Virus record (IMG/VR): IMGVR_UViG_3300022562_001644
Location: 27,959 to 91,958 of that record
Source of the DNA: a virus
Direction: 5' to 3' (one strand)
DNA: 64,000 nucleotides
Positions 61,294 through 64,000 of the stretch are shown here, one piece after another; positions within the stretch are counted from its first letter, which is position 1, and the number at the start of each line of letters is the position of its first letter. Both the position numbers and the translations under genes were made by a program. The notes under the pieces were generated by a model. That model saw nothing but the letters and a program-made list of their open reading frames with translations. It made no database searches and had not been told where the DNA came from.

Positions 61294-64000
61294 GAGCTGG
61301 GGCACCGGAGTTGGCTAGGTTTCCTACAACGACTACCCCAACAGACACCGTTGCTTCAGATGTGTTAATTGCAGCACCGTTGGCAGTAGCACCGGTAGCC
61401 TGAACAATATTCGCTGAGACAGTTACGAAGTTGCAACTAAAGACACGAACCCCTCTTCCTGAAACCGCACCAGTATTGCCATTAAAAAGCACGTTTCCAG
61501 CAATGGAAACAGTATTTGCATTGGAGACCTCAATGCACGGACTGGCGCCAGTGCTGTCGTTGCGAACAACATTGCCGTTGACGGCCACGTCATCGACATC
61601 GTCAATGTCGATACCGAATCCAAGACCCTCTAGGTTATTGTTGCTGACAACAAAGTTTCTTTGAGCGTCTCCTGAGATGCGAATGCCGCGGTTGTCGTAG
61701 TCCTTGATTGAATTACCGTTGATGGTGAAATGCTCGCCAACGGCGAATGCGCCGTTGGTTACATCAACGCTGATCCCGAAGTAGGTTTCGCTGATGTCAT
61801 TGTCGCTGATGACAATTTTTTCCATCGGACCAACGCCGTCCGACTGGTTCACCCAGATTGCAGTTGGACTTAGATTCGCTGAGTGAACGATGCTTCTGAT
61901 TACGTTGCCGCAAATTCGCATCTGAGATGCGTTTTGCTGGATATCCATTCCGTAACAGAGGCCAGTGAATCCATCGCTGCCGCAGTTCAGGTTGGTGATG
62001 ATGTTCTTGCTGCAGACGGCATCAGTGTTCGTTCCGGATCCAGGGTCTTGGAAATAGATACCTCTCGTAGACACCTGTGACGTCAGGTTGCCGCATGTAT
62101 CGATCTTGTTTCCGGATACTGAAAGGCTTTGCCATGAAGTGAGAACAATGACCTGCGTGTACTGAGCAACCGCTGGGCCGGAGGTTCCAATGTTGCGAAG
62201 CCTGTTGTCGTCGATCTCGCACAGGATGAGATTGTCTTCCGATACGATTCCAAAGTTTCCGTTCTTTGCCCTGACTGAATCGATGGAGTTCTTCGATATG
62301 CTCACCTCGAGACTGAAGTTGGTGGTGAGCCTGATACCGTAACCATCAAGGAGGTTGACGCCGGCTGATGCACCGATGCCATCGATCTGGTTGTTACAGA
62401 CGCTGACGCGCCGCATGGTCTCTTCGAGGAGAATGCCGTGGGCCGCTGTTACCGCACCGGAATCATCGGTCATTTCCTCGATTGTGTTGTCATCGATGCA
62501 TGAGTTCAGCAGCTCGCCACCGGACGATGTCATCCAGATCCCAGCACGACCGCGGGAACCGCTGTCTGCAGTGATCACGTTCTTCGTGACATAGACCTCC
62601 GACAAGTTTCCAAGTGTCGGATCCAGAACAACACCGTAGTCGCATTCAGACATTCTATTGTCCTGAATGCGGATTCCTCGAACCGTACCCACCGGGGACT
62701 GGACTCGAACAGCGCGACCTTCGGTAAGCGACGTCGACGTGTCCTGGTAAAAATCACATCCTAGAACAGCTACACCTGAACCAGAGATATCGATGCCTGA
62801 TCCGTCTTCGGGGACGACAATTCGACAACCACGAACCAGGTTGCCGGCACGCGACATCGTAGTCGGCGCTCCCAGAAACTCACCGGCACCGGAAGGTGTC
62901 TCAATGATGCAATCAAGGACGTGAATGTCCTGCATCGCACGGTTCAGGAACTCAAACGCAGTGGCGACCGCCCCAACCGCCCCGGCCTCGAATCGGCAGT
63001 CACGGAAGGTGACGTTCATCGAAGCGTCTTCATCCAGGGTAACGAGAGCCGTCGGATCCACCGTCGCAGCATCGAAGCTGCACCCGTCGAACTTGCCCCT
63101 GGTCGTGCCCGTGGACAGCGATACACAGCGGGAGGCTGCACTCGCAAGGTTCGTCTCAAATCGGCACCCGTAGAAGGTGAAGTCGGTGAACACGCCAGTA
63201 AGCGCATGCGTGCCGCTGGCTGGAGTATAGAACCGCGTGTTGCGGAACTCCGGCCTGGTCATTGATGTCGACGTCAGTCCTTGAATAAGGCAGGTATCGA
63301 ACAGCGACTCGTTGGCAGCCAGGGTGACATCGACCGCGTAGGCGTTCGTTCCACCGCTAATGATGACACCGATATTGCGCAGAGTGACCGTCGACGCGAT
63401 GTCGATGACCAGGGCTGAGGCAGCTCCAGTTGCTGCAAGGACAGTGATCGCTGGTCCATCACCAACAATCGTGACGGCTTTGTTAACGGTGACCGCCGTG
63501 GCTAGGAAGTAATTGCCAGCCTTGATGTAGACCGTGCCACCAACGGCGACAGAGTCGATGGCTGCCTGGATGACGGATGTCGAGGTCCCATTGAAGTCTC
63601 CGAAGCTCGTGACCCCATCGCCGACAGAGACGGTGTGAGTCTTCGCTCCACGAATGGAATGGACGGCTTCCGTCCTGGCCTCACCGCCAACAAGGGCTGC
63701 ACCCGTCGACCCGATGATCATGGGTCGCTCGTTCGTTTCGTCCAGGTCAATTCGGTGGACCTGACCGTCGTCGGCATGAACGCTCCGAATGACAAGGTCC
63801 CGCGTATTCACGGCCTCGATGGCAGGCGTGGTGCCGGCGGCCTGGATGTACTCGTAGAAGTCGAGTTTGTCGAGGAGCAGAGACCGAGCACCGTCGATGT
63901 CAACAACGGGGTTGGCCGTACCAGTGCTGTTGCCCCAGAAGCTGACGTTCTTGATCGAGGCCTGGTGGGACTTGTAGACCGTGAGCAGCTCTCGCGTGTT
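61217..64000 (-). CDS. tailspike / parallel beta-helix receptor-binding protein, 5'-partial
   Basis: Frame is open to the window end; IQAAID..GGTVYIKAGNY cap and many I/V-x-x-N-x-I beta-helix rungs. Confidence 0.85.
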   Translation of the reverse strand, partial: NTRELLTVYKSHQASIKNVSFWGNSTGTANPVVDIDGARSLLLDKLDFYEYIQAAGTTPAIEAVNTRDLVIRSVHADDGQVHRIDLDETNERPMIIGSTGAALVGGEARTEAVHSIRGAKTHTVSVGDGVTSFGDFNGTSTSVIQAAIDSVAVGGTVYIKAGNYFLATAVTVNKAVTIVGDGPAITVLAATGAASALVIDIASTVTLRNIGVIISGGTNAYAVDVTLAANESLFDTCLIQGLTSTSMTRPEFRNTRFYTPASGTHALTGVFTDFTFYGCRFETNLASAASRCVSLSTGTTRGKFDGCSFDAATVDPTALVTLDEDASMNVTFRDCRFEAGAVGAVATAFEFLNRAMQDIHVLDCIIETPSGAGEFLGAPTTMSRAGNLVRGCRIVVPEDGSGIDISGSGVAVLGCDFYQDTSTSLTEGRAVRVQSPVGTVRGIRIQDNRMSECDYGVVLDPTLGNLSEVYVTKNVITADSGSRGRAGIWMTSSGGELLNSCIDDNTIEEMTDDSGAVTAAHGILLEETMRRVSVCNNQIDGIGASAGVNLLDGYGIRLTTNFSLEVSISKNSIDSVRAKNGNFGIVSEDNLILCEIDDNRLRNIGTSGPAVAQYTQVIVLTSWQSLSVSGNKIDTCGNLTSQVSTRGIYFQDPGSGTNTDAVCSKNIITNLNCGSDGFTGLCYGMDIQQNASQMRICGNVIRSIVHSANLSPTAIWVNQSDGVGPMEKIVISDNDISETYFGISVDVTNGAFAVGEHFTINGNSIKDYDNRGIRISGDAQRNFVVSNNNLEGLGFGIDIDDVDDVAVNGNVVRNDSTGASPCIEVSNANTVSIAGNVLFNGNTGAVSGRGVRVFSCNFVTVSANIVQATGATANGAAINTSEATVSVGVVVVGNLANSGAPAQQSILVAAGSEQVKNLAKYSRGCRK

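Noticed and set aside
61202-64000. Diversity-generating retroelement acting on the tailspike
   Set aside because: The repeat is exact and tandem with no adenine-specific mismatches, and no reverse transcriptase is in the window.
1-64000. Stop-codon reassignment
   Set aside because: Conserved genes are intact in the standard code, and TAG, TGA and TAA all end genes at tight junctions.

Overview
The whole window is part of a large, GC-rich, contractile-tailed (myovirus-like) phage genome in the standard genetic code. I found no rRNA, tRNA, CRISPR array or transposase. The left 6.5 kb is a + strand replication/regulation block: beta-clamp-like protein, stand-alone sigma70 region-4 HTH, SSB-like protein, Holliday-junction resolvase-like nuclease and PolB-type 3'-5' exonuclease. 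Most of 6.5-64 kb is a - strand morphogenesis cluster: tail tube and sheath, neck, major capsid, prohead protease, terminase, spike, portal, lysis-like genes and a beta-helix tailspike. Four small + strand islands interrupt it. The cluster includes a 2063-aa single-chain beta-beta' RNA polymerase. Two linked systems stand out. (1) A two-class transcription programme: a phage-specific motif GGCA(T/C)AAG-N5-TGAA precedes the + strand units, which end in a conserved T-run-AG(C) signal, while other genes use sigma70-type -10 boxes, often leaderless. (2) A shared peptide tag, GF-x-DEL-x-K-x-A, on at least eight otherwise unrelated proteins, plus widespread K-x-A sites, suggests a capsid-loading and proteolytic maturation system for injected cargo, including HExxH metalloproteases and membrane proteins. 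All product calls come from motif recognition by eye and gene context; no database searches were run.
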